From Nitrospirota bacterium (GTDB lineage Bacteria; Nitrospirota; Thermodesulfovibrionia; Thermodesulfovibrionales; Dissulfurispiraceae): a stretch of DNA of 64,000 nt. The position numbers and the translations under genes are program-made. This document shows, in pieces, positions 18,848 through 27,784 of the stretch (positions within the stretch are counted from its first letter, which is position 1; each line of letters starts with the position of its first letter). The DNA is taken from the NCBI GenBank assembly GCA_963790025.1, contig CAWBMP010000003.1, positions 212,799-276,798 of the forward strand. The letters are read 5' to 3'. Below the pieces are notes generated by a model. That model did no database searches. It was not told the origin of the DNA and saw only the letters and a list, made by a program, of their open reading frames with translations.

Positions 18848-20224
18848 TTATTCGAGGCTGAATTTCTTGATTTGATAACGAAGACTATCGTAGCTGACGC
18901 CCAGCAATTTTGCTGCCGCTGTCTTGTTCCCGCTTGTCTTCTTCAGTGCCTGGCTGGTAAGGTTTTTCTCCAGTTCTTCAAGGTCTATGCCTTTATCGGG
19001 AAGCACGAATTCTTCGGAAAAGGCCGCAGCAGGATTTGGCTGCTGGATTATCTCTTTGGGGAGATGCTCCGGCAATATCACATCCGTGCTCTCAAGCACG
19101 ACAATTCGTTCTATAGTATTCCTGAGTTCCCGCACATTCCCGGGCCACCGGTAAGAAACCATGAGTCTTTCCGTTTCCGGGGAAAAACCCGATAACATTG
19201 TTTTGTTGTACTTTGCAGAAAGACGGGAGAGATAATATCTGGCCAGCAGAAGTATGTCCTCCCCTCTGTCCCTCAGTGAAGGCAAATGCATCGAAAAAGC
19301 GTTCAATCTGTAAAAAAGGTCCAGTCGAAATTCTCCCCGATCGACAGCGTCCTGAAGGTCCTTGTTGGTCGTCGATATAATGACGACATCGATCGGGAGT
19401 TCGTCCTTGCCGCCGACACGGCGTACCGATCTTTCCTCGATGACTCTCAGCAATTTGCTCTGGAGGGAAATTTTCATCTCTCCTATTTCATCTAACAGTA
19501 TCGATCCTCCGTCAGCAGTCTCGAAAAGGCCTTTTTTGTCCGTTACAGCATTCGTAAAGGCCCCCTTCTCGGAACCAAAGAGCTCGGCTTCGAGGAGAGT
19601 TTCGGGCAAAGCTGCGCAATTGACGCGTACAAAAGGTGAATAAGCTTCATTGCTGTGCATCTGGCGATGAATATACCGTGCAACGAGTTCCTTGCCCGTA
19701 CCGCTCTCTCCGGTGATCAGAATAGTCGGTACATGTGCCTCTATGAGCTTCCCTGCCTTTGCCTTCAATTCCTGCATACATGTCGAATTGCCGATTATCT
19801 CTTTTTCGAACAGTTCGTGATTGACCTTTCTAAGGTAATTGACCTCGTGCCTGAGCCTGATTTTATCCATAGTGTTGCCGATTACGATTTTCACCTCATC
19901 CATACTGAAGGGTTTGGTGATATAGTCGGCAGCACCCAGTTTCATCGCCTTGACAGCGGTTTCGGCTGTTTCGTCTGCCGTGAGCATCACGACCTCGGCA
20001 GATAGCTTCGCTTTCACTTCCTGGAGCATATCTATTCCGTTCAGTCCAGGCATATTGATATCGAGCATAATAATATCCGGGACGCGGGAGCTTATTTGGG
20101 CCATCACATCCCTGGAACCCGTGTCGGAATAGACTTCATATCCGTCTCCCTTAAGCGCCCTCGACAGCATCATGACAATGAGTTCATCATCATCTACAAG
20201 AAAAATCTTTCCCTTCCTCTTCAT
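18848..20224 (-). CDS. NtrC-family sigma-54-dependent response regulator
   Basis: REC domain (LVDDD, LDINMP), GESGTGKE, GAFTNA, LDEIGE, WPGNVREL, Fis-type HTH. Confidence 0.95.
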   Translation of the reverse strand: MKRKGKIFLVDDDELIVMMLSRALKGDGYEVYSDTGSRDVMAQISSRVPDIIMLDINMPGLNGIDMLQEVKAKLSAEVVMLTADETAETAVKAMKLGAADYITKPFSMDEVKIVIGNTMDKIRLRHEVNYLRKVNHELFEKEIIGNSTCMQELKAKAGKLIEAHVPTILITGESGTGKELVARYIHRQMHSNEAYSPFVRVNCAALPETLLEAELFGSEKGAFTNAVTDKKGLFETADGGSILLDEIGEMKISLQSKLLRVIEERSVRRVGGKDELPIDVVIISTTNKDLQDAVDRGEFRLDLFYRLNAFSMHLPSLRDRGEDILLLARYYLSRLSAKYNKTMLSGFSPETERLMVSYRWPGNVRELRNTIERIVVLESTDVILPEHLPKEIIQQPNPAAAFSEEFVLPDKGIDLEELEKNLTSQALKKTSGNKTAAAKLLGVSYDSLRYQIKKFSLE

Positions 20225-22422
20225 GTCCCAACCTGTATGTAATGCCCGACGGGAATCCTGATAGTAAAGGCAGTGCCGCCGTCAGGCATGTTGTTAACCG
20301 TTATCGTGCCTCGATGTTCTTCAATAAGCCGTTTGGAGATCGCCAATCCCATGCCCGTGCCTTTTGCTTTTGTCGTAAAAAAAGGCTGGAAAACCCTGTT
20401 CATCGCATAAGCATCTATGCCCTTGCCGCTATCTGCAACTTCTATTTTGACTGAAGAAGCCCCCTTTTCATAACTTGTTCTTATTGTAAGCGTGCCGCCA
20501 TTGGGCATCGCCTCGACCGCATTCAGAAATAAATTAACAAACACTTGCTTCATCTGCATGCCGTCCACAAGCACGGGCGGCAGGCCGTCTTCGAAATCCC
20601 TGACAACGGCTATCCCCGATCGGGACGCCATACTGGCCTTGTCCACTGAAAGCTCCAGGGTAGCATCAAGTAAAGAGTTGATATCGACCATACCAAACTG
20701 CGGTTTAGGAGGTCGCGCAAAATTGAGCAGGTCCTTGAGCAGCATTTCTATCCGGCGAATCTCATTGATAACTTTCAAAAGTATCTCGTTTCCATCCTCC
20801 GAACAGGCGCCCTCTGCATGCATCACCTCCATAGACGACTTAATGCCGGCAAGGGGATTTTTTATCTCATGGGCAAGGCCGACCGCAATTTCGGCGACTG
20901 CCTTCATCTGCTCTGCCCGCTGGAGCATTATCTCGGTCTTCCTCCGCTCTGTGATATCGTGAGTCACCGATATAATGCACCGCATCCCGCTATAGTCGAT
21001 GGCTTGCGAGGACCTCAACATAGTCAGGACATTGCCTGATCGCATACGAAGATGGACTTCCTTGTTCCATACTGCTCCCTCCTTCACCAATAGAGTCACC
21101 ATTTCTTCACGCTCGCTGGGATCAGCCCAGATGCCCAACTCCTTTGAAGTTCGTCCTATAACCTCTTCTCTGCTGAAGCCGCTGATCCGCATGAAAGCGT
21201 CGTTTACCTCTATGTACCGTCCCTCATCAATAGTGCTGATCGTAATCCAGTCAGGGCTGGCCCGGAATGCCTTCGAAAATTTTTCCTCAGACAGGCGCAA
21301 GGCCTTTTCCACCTCCTTGCGCTGAGTGATGTCCCGGTCAAAAGCGAGAACATATTTATGCTCGTCAAGCTCAAGCAAGCCAGCACTGATTTCAACAGGG
21401 AAAACAGTGCCATCTTTCCTGACATGGGCTATTTCTTCGTTGATCCATTCTCCCCTGAGCATTCTCGCGATACGGTCAGGCATTTCCCTGGCCACATCAG
21501 GGGTGTCAAGGTCACCCATGCTCATACCCACTAATTCCTCTACGGCATACCCATGCATACTTGTGGCCGCCTTATTTGCGGCCACTATCCGCCCGGCATT
21601 CTCGCCTGTCTCGATTATAAAAATCGCATCATTGGCGCTTTCAAAGAGCATACGGTAGCGTTTCTCGCTCTCTTCCACTTTCTTCATATGGGTGGTGAGA
21701 GCACCTGCCATTTCATTAAAGGAATCGGCAAGCTCTCCGAACTCGTCCTTCAAGGGCTCTATCCGGTAGTCCAGATTGCCGCCCTTCAGTTTTCTGGTTG
21801 CGTCAAGCAATGCCCTGATCGGTCTGGTAAACCCCTTTATAAAGATAAATGCCAAACAAAAGGCGAGCATGGGACTCAGTGCGGCAAGCGTATAAAGAAC
21901 ATTCCTTGTGTGTTGAATGCTTATAACAGACTTGTCCGTCTCCTTTTGAAGACTGCTGGTAGCCAGGGCAATCATAGAGTTGACCTTGCCCACCAATTCT
22001 TCACCTATTTTGTAGGTATTGTCCTCCTCCCTGTCCAGCCTGCCGACGTCTGCCCGCATAGTCAGCACCCGGCTCAGGGCATTTTTATACAGTCCGATCT
22101 GTTGTTCCATGTCCCGCAGCCTCTTAGTCACCACTTCCGTGTGATGGCAGCTAAAACATTTCTGGGATACCTGGTCCATATGCTGCACATCATTTACAAA
22201 GGTATCAACGGTCCTGGCATAACGGGTATTTTTCAAATTTAGATCAGCCTGCACCTTCCTGATTTCTATCAACAGGTGCTCCCTCAGGATTTCGACCTGA
22301 TGAAGCAGGATCAGCCGGTCGAGCAACGCTGTCCCCTTGCTGATAGAAAAGACTATATATATTCCTCCGAGACAAAAAATCATTGCGAAGCAAGTGAGGC
22401 CTATAACAATTCGTTTTTTCAT
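20221..22422 (-). CDS. Sensor histidine kinase with periplasmic CXXCH, HAMP and two PAS domains
   Basis: TM - CFSCH (22144-22158) - TM - HAMP (DEFGELADSFN) - PAS x2 - AHEIKNPL - NAVEA, DSGKG, GTGMGL. Confidence 0.95.
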   Translation of the reverse strand: MKKRIVIGLTCFAMIFCLGGIYIVFSISKGTALLDRLILLHQVEILREHLLIEIRKVQADLNLKNTRYARTVDTFVNDVQHMDQVSQKCFSCHHTEVVTKRLRDMEQQIGLYKNALSRVLTMRADVGRLDREEDNTYKIGEELVGKVNSMIALATSSLQKETDKSVISIQHTRNVLYTLAALSPMLAFCLAFIFIKGFTRPIRALLDATRKLKGGNLDYRIEPLKDEFGELADSFNEMAGALTTHMKKVEESEKRYRMLFESANDAIFIIETGENAGRIVAANKAATSMHGYAVEELVGMSMGDLDTPDVAREMPDRIARMLRGEWINEEIAHVRKDGTVFPVEISAGLLELDEHKYVLAFDRDITQRKEVEKALRLSEEKFSKAFRASPDWITISTIDEGRYIEVNDAFMRISGFSREEVIGRTSKELGIWADPSEREEMVTLLVKEGAVWNKEVHLRMRSGNVLTMLRSSQAIDYSGMRCIISVTHDITERRKTEIMLQRAEQMKAVAEIAVGLAHEIKNPLAGIKSSMEVMHAEGACSEDGNEILLKVINEIRRIEMLLKDLLNFARPPKPQFGMVDINSLLDATLELSVDKASMASRSGIAVVRDFEDGLPPVLVDGMQMKQVFVNLFLNAVEAMPNGGTLTIRTSYEKGASSVKIEVADSGKGIDAYAMNRVFQPFFTTKAKGTGMGLAISKRLIEEHRGTITVNNMPDGGTAFTIRIPVGHYIQVGT

Positions 22423-23330
22423 TTCTTGCCAGCGTAGTCGAAGGTCTGAACGTCAATGCCGAGTTCCCGGGCATATTCGTAAACCGCTTTATAATCATGG
22501 TCGGTAGTTTCGATAAACCTTCTCGCTCCGAACTGCTCGAGAACGTTCTGTCCTTCCGGATCCTTGTACATATCAAGCAATACCTGCTTGAGTTTTTTCT
22601 TAAGTGTTACGTCAAGTCCCTTTCTGACGGCAAGGCCGCTTTCAGGCACCTCGGCAGATCTTTCAAGAATATCCAGTTCGTTCTTTATGCGGCTGTCAGT
22701 GGTTTCAACTTTCTCTAAAACAGTGGTCTTGGTAGCGCCGATATCAGCCTTCCTGGTCAGCACATCATAAATTGCGTCTGTATAAGTTCCAGTGAAGTAA
22801 CCCTCTTTCAGGTATGCCGTGTAGTCCTCTACACCCATTTTTTTGAAATATACCAGAGGCAACAAGTATCCACCAGTCGTTGCTCTGTCCACAAAGGCAA
22901 AACGTTTACCTTTCATGTCCTTTATCGATTTAATTCCGCTGTCCCTTCGCACAATAATAAGACCGCGATACGTAGACCTGCCGCTGAGGTCCTCGGCGCG
23001 CACCAGGACCTCAGCGCCTTCTCTTGCGTGAACAAGCACATAGCTGAAACTCCCCAAAAAAGCCCCGTCAACTTCGGAAGCGCGAAAATTATCGATTATG
23101 CTGCCATAATGGGGCACTACCCGCCAGCGGATCGGCCTGCCGATCCGGGCAGAAAGATAGTCAGAAAGTTGCTGGTACCGGTCCATCTGGGTGAAGATGT
23201 TTTGCTCCGGAATAAGTCCGATAACGATCTCCGGACCTGGCGATACCTTCTTTGCAGAAATATCTTCCCCTTTTTTGCACCCAGGAAGGGCAGAGAGAAT
23301 GAGACAAAGAATAATGATTAATTTTCTCAT
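22419..23330 (-). CDS. PhnD/PtxB-like substrate-binding lipoprotein (no permease or ATPase nearby)
   Basis: True start 23330 (ATGA overlap), lipobox ALPGC; IGLIPEQ, FAFVDRATTGGYLLP. Confidence 0.85.
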   Translation of the reverse strand: MRKLIIILCLILSALPGCKKGEDISAKKVSPGPEIVIGLIPEQNIFTQMDRYQQLSDYLSARIGRPIRWRVVPHYGSIIDNFRASEVDGAFLGSFSYVLVHAREGAEVLVRAEDLSGRSTYRGLIIVRRDSGIKSIKDMKGKRFAFVDRATTGGYLLPLVYFKKMGVEDYTAYLKEGYFTGTYTDAIYDVLTRKADIGATKTTVLEKVETTDSRIKNELDILERSAEVPESGLAVRKGLDVTLKKKLKQVLLDMYKDPEGQNVLEQFGARRFIETTDHDYKAVYEYARELGIDVQTFDYAGKK

Positions 23331-24154
23331 TTTACCATCACGAGCCTGAACCCGAGTGCATGATGGCCGAAATCCGGCGTCAGTGGAACGCGATGAGAAA
23401 CCCTCACACCCAAAGGCCCGTTGCTCCAGCCGCCGCCCCGCATGACGCGATACTCGCCGGGACCCTCGTACACCGGGTTGTACTTCGGAAGCTTGGTATA
23501 TGCTTGTCTGTTGTATACGTCCTCCACCCACTGCCAGACATTGCCGAGCATGTCGTAAAGCCCGTAGCCGTTCGGCAGAAAACTGCCGACAGGAGAAGAA
23601 ACAAGAAACTTGTCATCACAGTTGAAGATAGTCCACTTTTTCCAGCGTGTCTTTGCGCTCAGATCAGCCACATTTGCATATTTACAGGCATCATCAGGGT
23701 TGTTCCCCCAGAAATATATAGTCTTTGTTCCGGCACGCGCGGCATACTCCCACTCGGCCTCGGTCGGCAGCCTGTAAGTCCGCCCGCTTTTTTGTGACAG
23801 CCATTCGGCATAAGCCACTGCATCCTCCCAGGTAACATTCACAACCGGCTGCCTGTCATCATTCAGTGACATACCCTCAAATTTTCCACTATTGTGATCC
23901 GGCCTGAATTTTCTGAACTGCTCATTTGTAACATCGTTCTTACAAATGTAAAAATCATTGACGCATACCTCATGAAGCGGCCTGTCGTTGCTGTCACCGG
24001 CCGGGTCTCCCATTTGATAACAGCCCCCTTTAATAAAAATAAACTCCATTCCTGTGACAGCATTTGTAACCGGGGGTTCAGCATCGGCAGCGGCAGAAAA
24101 TACATGCACGGCAAGGACAAGCACAAAAGCAACCAATGGAGTTTTTAAGGCCAT
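23327..24154 (-). CDS. Exported FGE-sulfatase (SUMF1/EgtB/PvdO) domain protein
   Basis: RLPTEAEWEYAAR, NGYGLYDMLGNVWQW, RGGGW, GFRL. Confidence 0.9.
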   Translation of the reverse strand: MALKTPLVAFVLVLAVHVFSAAADAEPPVTNAVTGMEFIFIKGGCYQMGDPAGDSNDRPLHEVCVNDFYICKNDVTNEQFRKFRPDHNSGKFEGMSLNDDRQPVVNVTWEDAVAYAEWLSQKSGRTYRLPTEAEWEYAARAGTKTIYFWGNNPDDACKYANVADLSAKTRWKKWTIFNCDDKFLVSSPVGSFLPNGYGLYDMLGNVWQWVEDVYNRQAYTKLPKYNPVYEGPGEYRVMRGGGWSNGPLGVRVSHRVPLTPDFGHHALGFRLVMVK

Positions 24155-24218
24155 CTCACGCCTCCTCCCTTGACCCGCAAATTACATACATCAACATACA
24201 AACCTCTTGACCGTAATG

Positions 24219-25220
24219 TCACAGCGGCAAATAAGCCCTGGGATTCAAATCCAGTCCTGCAATGTCGCCTGCAATATAATGATGATATCCGGCAGATGCG
24301 ATCATCGCGGCATTGTCCGTGCAAAGATCAAGTGAGGGCAGAAAAACCCTGGCCTCCCTTTCATCAGCCATCTCTTTGATCTTCTTCCTGAGCCACGAGT
24401 TGGCGGCAACTCCACCTGACAACACTATGTTACGGATGCCTGTTTTTGCTATGGCCCATCGCACCTTTCTCACAAGCACATCCACTACTGCCGACTGAAA
24501 AGAAGCAGCGATATCAGCCAGAAAACCGTGGTCTCCCAGCATTGCAACGTTCTTCCCGACAACCAGTTTTACTGCTGTCTTGAGACCGCTGAAGCTGAAA
24601 TCAAATGATTCTGGCATATATGCACGCGGAAAGTCGAACGCTGCGGTATTTCCCTGACGTGCCAATACGTCTATAAGAGGTCCACCCGGATAACCCAGTC
24701 CCAGGAGCTTTGAAACCTTGTCATAAGCCTCTCCCGCCGCATCATCTCTGGTTCTGCCCAGTTCTTCATATTGACCGAAATCCCGGATAACATATAGGCT
24801 TGTATGTCCCCCTGACGCGATGAGCGACAAGAAAGGAAATCCAGGCTTCTTCTGTTCAAGAAAGGCTGAGAAGATGTGGCCTTCGAGATGGTTCACCGCA
24901 ACAAGAGGAATGTTTCGCGCATACCCCACAGCTTTTGCAAACCCGCACCCTACCAGCAGTGAACCAATCAGGCCGGGACCGCAGCATACTGCAATGGCGG
25001 CAACTGCATCAAAAGAGATGTTTGCAGCGCCGATGGACTCATCGACTACAGGCCATATCATTTCGATATGCCTCCGTGAAGCCAGTTCAGGCACAATTCC
25101 CCCGTACTTTTGGTGTATCTCTGTCTGGGAAGAAACTATGGAAGACAGAACCAACTCACCATCGCTGACTACCGCAGCCGACGTATCGTCACAAGAAGTA
25201 TCAATACCGAGAATGTTCAG
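24219..25220 (-). CDS. tsaD: tRNA threonylcarbamoyltransferase TsaD, probable CTG start
   Basis: In-frame LNILGIDTSCDDTSAAVV upstream of the tracked ORF; GGIVPELASRRH, NHLEGH, SGGHT, DDAAGEAYDK, TDNAAMIA. Confidence 0.95.
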   Translation of the reverse strand: MNILGIDTSCDDTSAAVVSDGELVLSSIVSSQTEIHQKYGGIVPELASRRHIEMIWPVVDESIGAANISFDAVAAIAVCCGPGLIGSLLVGCGFAKAVGYARNIPLVAVNHLEGHIFSAFLEQKKPGFPFLSLIASGGHTSLYVIRDFGQYEELGRTRDDAAGEAYDKVSKLLGLGYPGGPLIDVLARQGNTAAFDFPRAYMPESFDFSFSGLKTAVKLVVGKNVAMLGDHGFLADIAASFQSAVVDVLVRKVRWAIAKTGIRNIVLSGGVAANSWLRKKIKEMADEREARVFLPSLDLCTDNAAMIASAGYHHYIAGDIAGLDLNPRAYLPL

Positions 25221-25223
25221 CCC

Positions 25224-26309
25224 CTATCCTCCTCCTCCATAAGAATGAAGGCCGCTTAGCAGCAAGTTGACGCCGAGGTACGTAAAGACCGTGCTGACAA
25301 ATCCAATAACGGCCATAACCGATATCTTTGTGCCCCTCCATCCCCTCAAAAATCTCGCATGGAGATAAAAAGCATATATAAACCAGGTTATCAGCGACCA
25401 GGTCTCCTTCGGGTCCCAACTCCAGTATTTACCCCAGGCCTGGTCAGCCCAGACAGCGCCAAAAATGAGACCGCCAAGGGTAAAAATCGGAAAGCCCACT
25501 GCAATGCACCTGTAAGTCAGATCATCCAGCAATTCAGGAGATATGGCAAGCGAGATTATTATTCGTCTGAGTATATGGCCGTATTTCCAGATTACGAAGA
25601 TAAACGCAGCGACTGCGGCATAGCTAATGAACGATACCACTCCCGAACTATTCAGGAACGTCGCTTTGAATAAATAACTCTTTATGAAAGATTCGGGTGA
25701 GCCGGCAACCTTGAAGACGAAGAAATCAATGCCCATTGCAACAAGCACGGAAACAAATATGCCGAGGGTAATGGTCCAAAAAAGATAGGGAGCACTCTTC
25801 TTGTTATCTGCAGTAATGATCAGATACATCAATGCCATTGCAAAGGAAATAGCAAATGCTGCATAGGCGGTAAAACTCATAGTCACATGAGCCAAAAGCC
25901 AGTTGCTCTGAAGCGCCGGGATCAGGGGGTGTATGCTCTTATCCATCCCGGATATATCGATAAATGCCAGCGCCATTCCCGCAATCGGAGTTATAAAAGC
26001 ACCGAACGAGCGGTTCTTGTACTTCCATTCTATTACCAGATATCCAAGAATGAGGCACCAGACAAAGAATATCAGGGATTCATAGAGATTTGTAAGGGGA
26101 ATGGCCCTGAGTATCCCCATCCTGCCGATTTCATAAAATTCTTCCCAGCGCATGATGAATGCAATCGTATGCGACAAGAAGCCAACAGCTGTTATCGTTG
26201 TTGCGATAATACCTATGGCAGATTTTTTAAAAGCCAGGTACATGATATAGGCAACCATTGCAAGTATATATGCAATGCTGGCTATACCGAAAAATTGAGA
26301 ACTGTCCAT
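25224..26309 (-). CDS. ccsA: System II cytochrome c synthase CcsA/ResC
   Basis: WADQAWGKYWSWDPKETW WWD domain; LQSNWLLAH; LHSY. Confidence 0.95.
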   Translation of the reverse strand: MDSSQFFGIASIAYILAMVAYIMYLAFKKSAIGIIATTITAVGFLSHTIAFIMRWEEFYEIGRMGILRAIPLTNLYESLIFFVWCLILGYLVIEWKYKNRSFGAFITPIAGMALAFIDISGMDKSIHPLIPALQSNWLLAHVTMSFTAYAAFAISFAMALMYLIITADNKKSAPYLFWTITLGIFVSVLVAMGIDFFVFKVAGSPESFIKSYLFKATFLNSSGVVSFISYAAVAAFIFVIWKYGHILRRIIISLAISPELLDDLTYRCIAVGFPIFTLGGLIFGAVWADQAWGKYWSWDPKETWSLITWFIYAFYLHARFLRGWRGTKISVMAVIGFVSTVFTYLGVNLLLSGLHSYGGGG

Positions 26310-26342
26310 ATAAAACCTCCCTTAACCTCTTACCTTTTACCT

Positions 26343-27761
26343 TTAACCTTGTTTTTTTAGTAACTCTGTTATTTTATCTATCTTCTGTTCAAATGATAAC
26401 TTGTTTTTATTCACTGTCGCGGCGATTACAATCCTTGCGCCGCTTTTCTCATCCCTGAGCCGGACCCATATCCTTGCATGGCCCATGAAGAATGTGGCAT
26501 AGAGACCCAATGCCATAACCAGGCAACCCAGATACACGACCCACACCCCCGGGTCTCTCCTTACCTGCAAGCCCGTATATTGAGCGCCCCAAAGATGTGT
26601 AAACTCCACAGTACCTTCAGTCACCTTCCAAGTCTGGGGGGACCTCACCAGTATCCACTGCCGGTATTTCAGGGAGCCGTGCTCTGTAAATTCAACAAAG
26701 ACTGCCGGGTTAATCATCATGTTTGCATATGTATAGAGCTTACCGGACTCGTCCACCCCGAGGGCAGGACTGAAGTCAACAATTCTGCCGCTTATCTCAG
26801 TGCCGGGAATGGTAAATGATTCTCCGAATTTAAGATTGACCTCTTCTTTTTTCCCGGCAGTCGATGTTACGGTAAATTGAAATATCGCATTCCTGTTCGG
26901 AGCGTAGCCGTAATTGGCCTGATAAAAAGCAATGCCCCTGAAGCGTAATGGGTTATTGACATCTATTTCTTTTCTTACTATTTCTCTGCCCCCCTCCAAA
27001 ATGCTCAGACGGCTCTTGAAGGCCTTGGGGGTGTCCGTATTATCATAAAATTCCGCATTAAATTCGTCGCACCTTATTTCAAACCCGAGGGGGACAGGAG
27101 TGCCATCGCTTTTATAGGCATCTCTGGAGGTGCTCCCTTCCGGCAACTGTAACGATGCATTGAAACCAAAAAACATACCTATAACTGCACCGCCCAGTAT
27201 CAGCAGGATACTTAAGTGAGTGACATAAACGCCGAGCCTGCTGAATCTGCCTTTCTCCGCATATAACTGTACAGCGTTATCTTCCTTCCGGACTGCCGCA
27301 CGAAACCCATATTTCTTCAAGATATCGCCCGCGTGTTCCGAGGCTTTCCCCATTTGCCCTTTTAAAACGATCTCTCTCTTTATCGACATGACCTTCATTT
27401 GTTCAGGAGTAAGCGGCTTTATAGGCTCCCTGACAACTTTCAGTATTTTGGGAAGCCTGTCAATGGAACAGACAACAAGGTTTGCAGTAAAGATAAACAG
27501 AAGCGCCAGGAACCACCATGAACGGTACATATCAGTAAACCCGAGCGCATCCAATACGCGAAAAGCCGCAGGTGCAAGGCCTTCGCCTACGAATTTTGAC
27601 AGCAACTTTATGTTTCGCTCCGGTTCTGTCTGCTGTTCAAGTATAGTGCCCACAACAGAGGTAAGCGCAATTGTGGAGAAAACCACTACCGCAAGCTTTA
27701 TGGATGAGAACAACTTCCAGATCTTGTCGACCAAGCCCTTATTTTCTTTATCGCCGCTCAC
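26343..27761 (-). CDS. resB: System II cytochrome c biogenesis protein ResB/CcsB
   Basis: SSIKLAV...GTILEQ, YRSWWF, THLSILLI, VNNPL, TGLQVRRDPG. Confidence 0.95.
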   Translation of the reverse strand: MSGDKENKGLVDKIWKLFSSIKLAVVVFSTIALTSVVGTILEQQTEPERNIKLLSKFVGEGLAPAAFRVLDALGFTDMYRSWWFLALLFIFTANLVVCSIDRLPKILKVVREPIKPLTPEQMKVMSIKREIVLKGQMGKASEHAGDILKKYGFRAAVRKEDNAVQLYAEKGRFSRLGVYVTHLSILLILGGAVIGMFFGFNASLQLPEGSTSRDAYKSDGTPVPLGFEIRCDEFNAEFYDNTDTPKAFKSRLSILEGGREIVRKEIDVNNPLRFRGIAFYQANYGYAPNRNAIFQFTVTSTAGKKEEVNLKFGESFTIPGTEISGRIVDFSPALGVDESGKLYTYANMMINPAVFVEFTEHGSLKYRQWILVRSPQTWKVTEGTVEFTHLWGAQYTGLQVRRDPGVWVVYLGCLVMALGLYATFFMGHARIWVRLRDEKSGARIVIAATVNKNKLSFEQKIDKITELLKKQG

Positions 27762-27784
27762 TTTTAATCATTACCCCCTTACTG

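Noticed and set aside
19545..19570. GAFTNA instead of GAFTGA as a sign of sigma-54 independence
   Set aside because: The key F and T residues are retained and sigma-54 promoters are present nearby
23330..23531. 67-aa N-terminal extension of the PhnD-like ORF
   Set aside because: It overlaps the FGE gene; the signal peptide and ATGA coupling place the start at 23330
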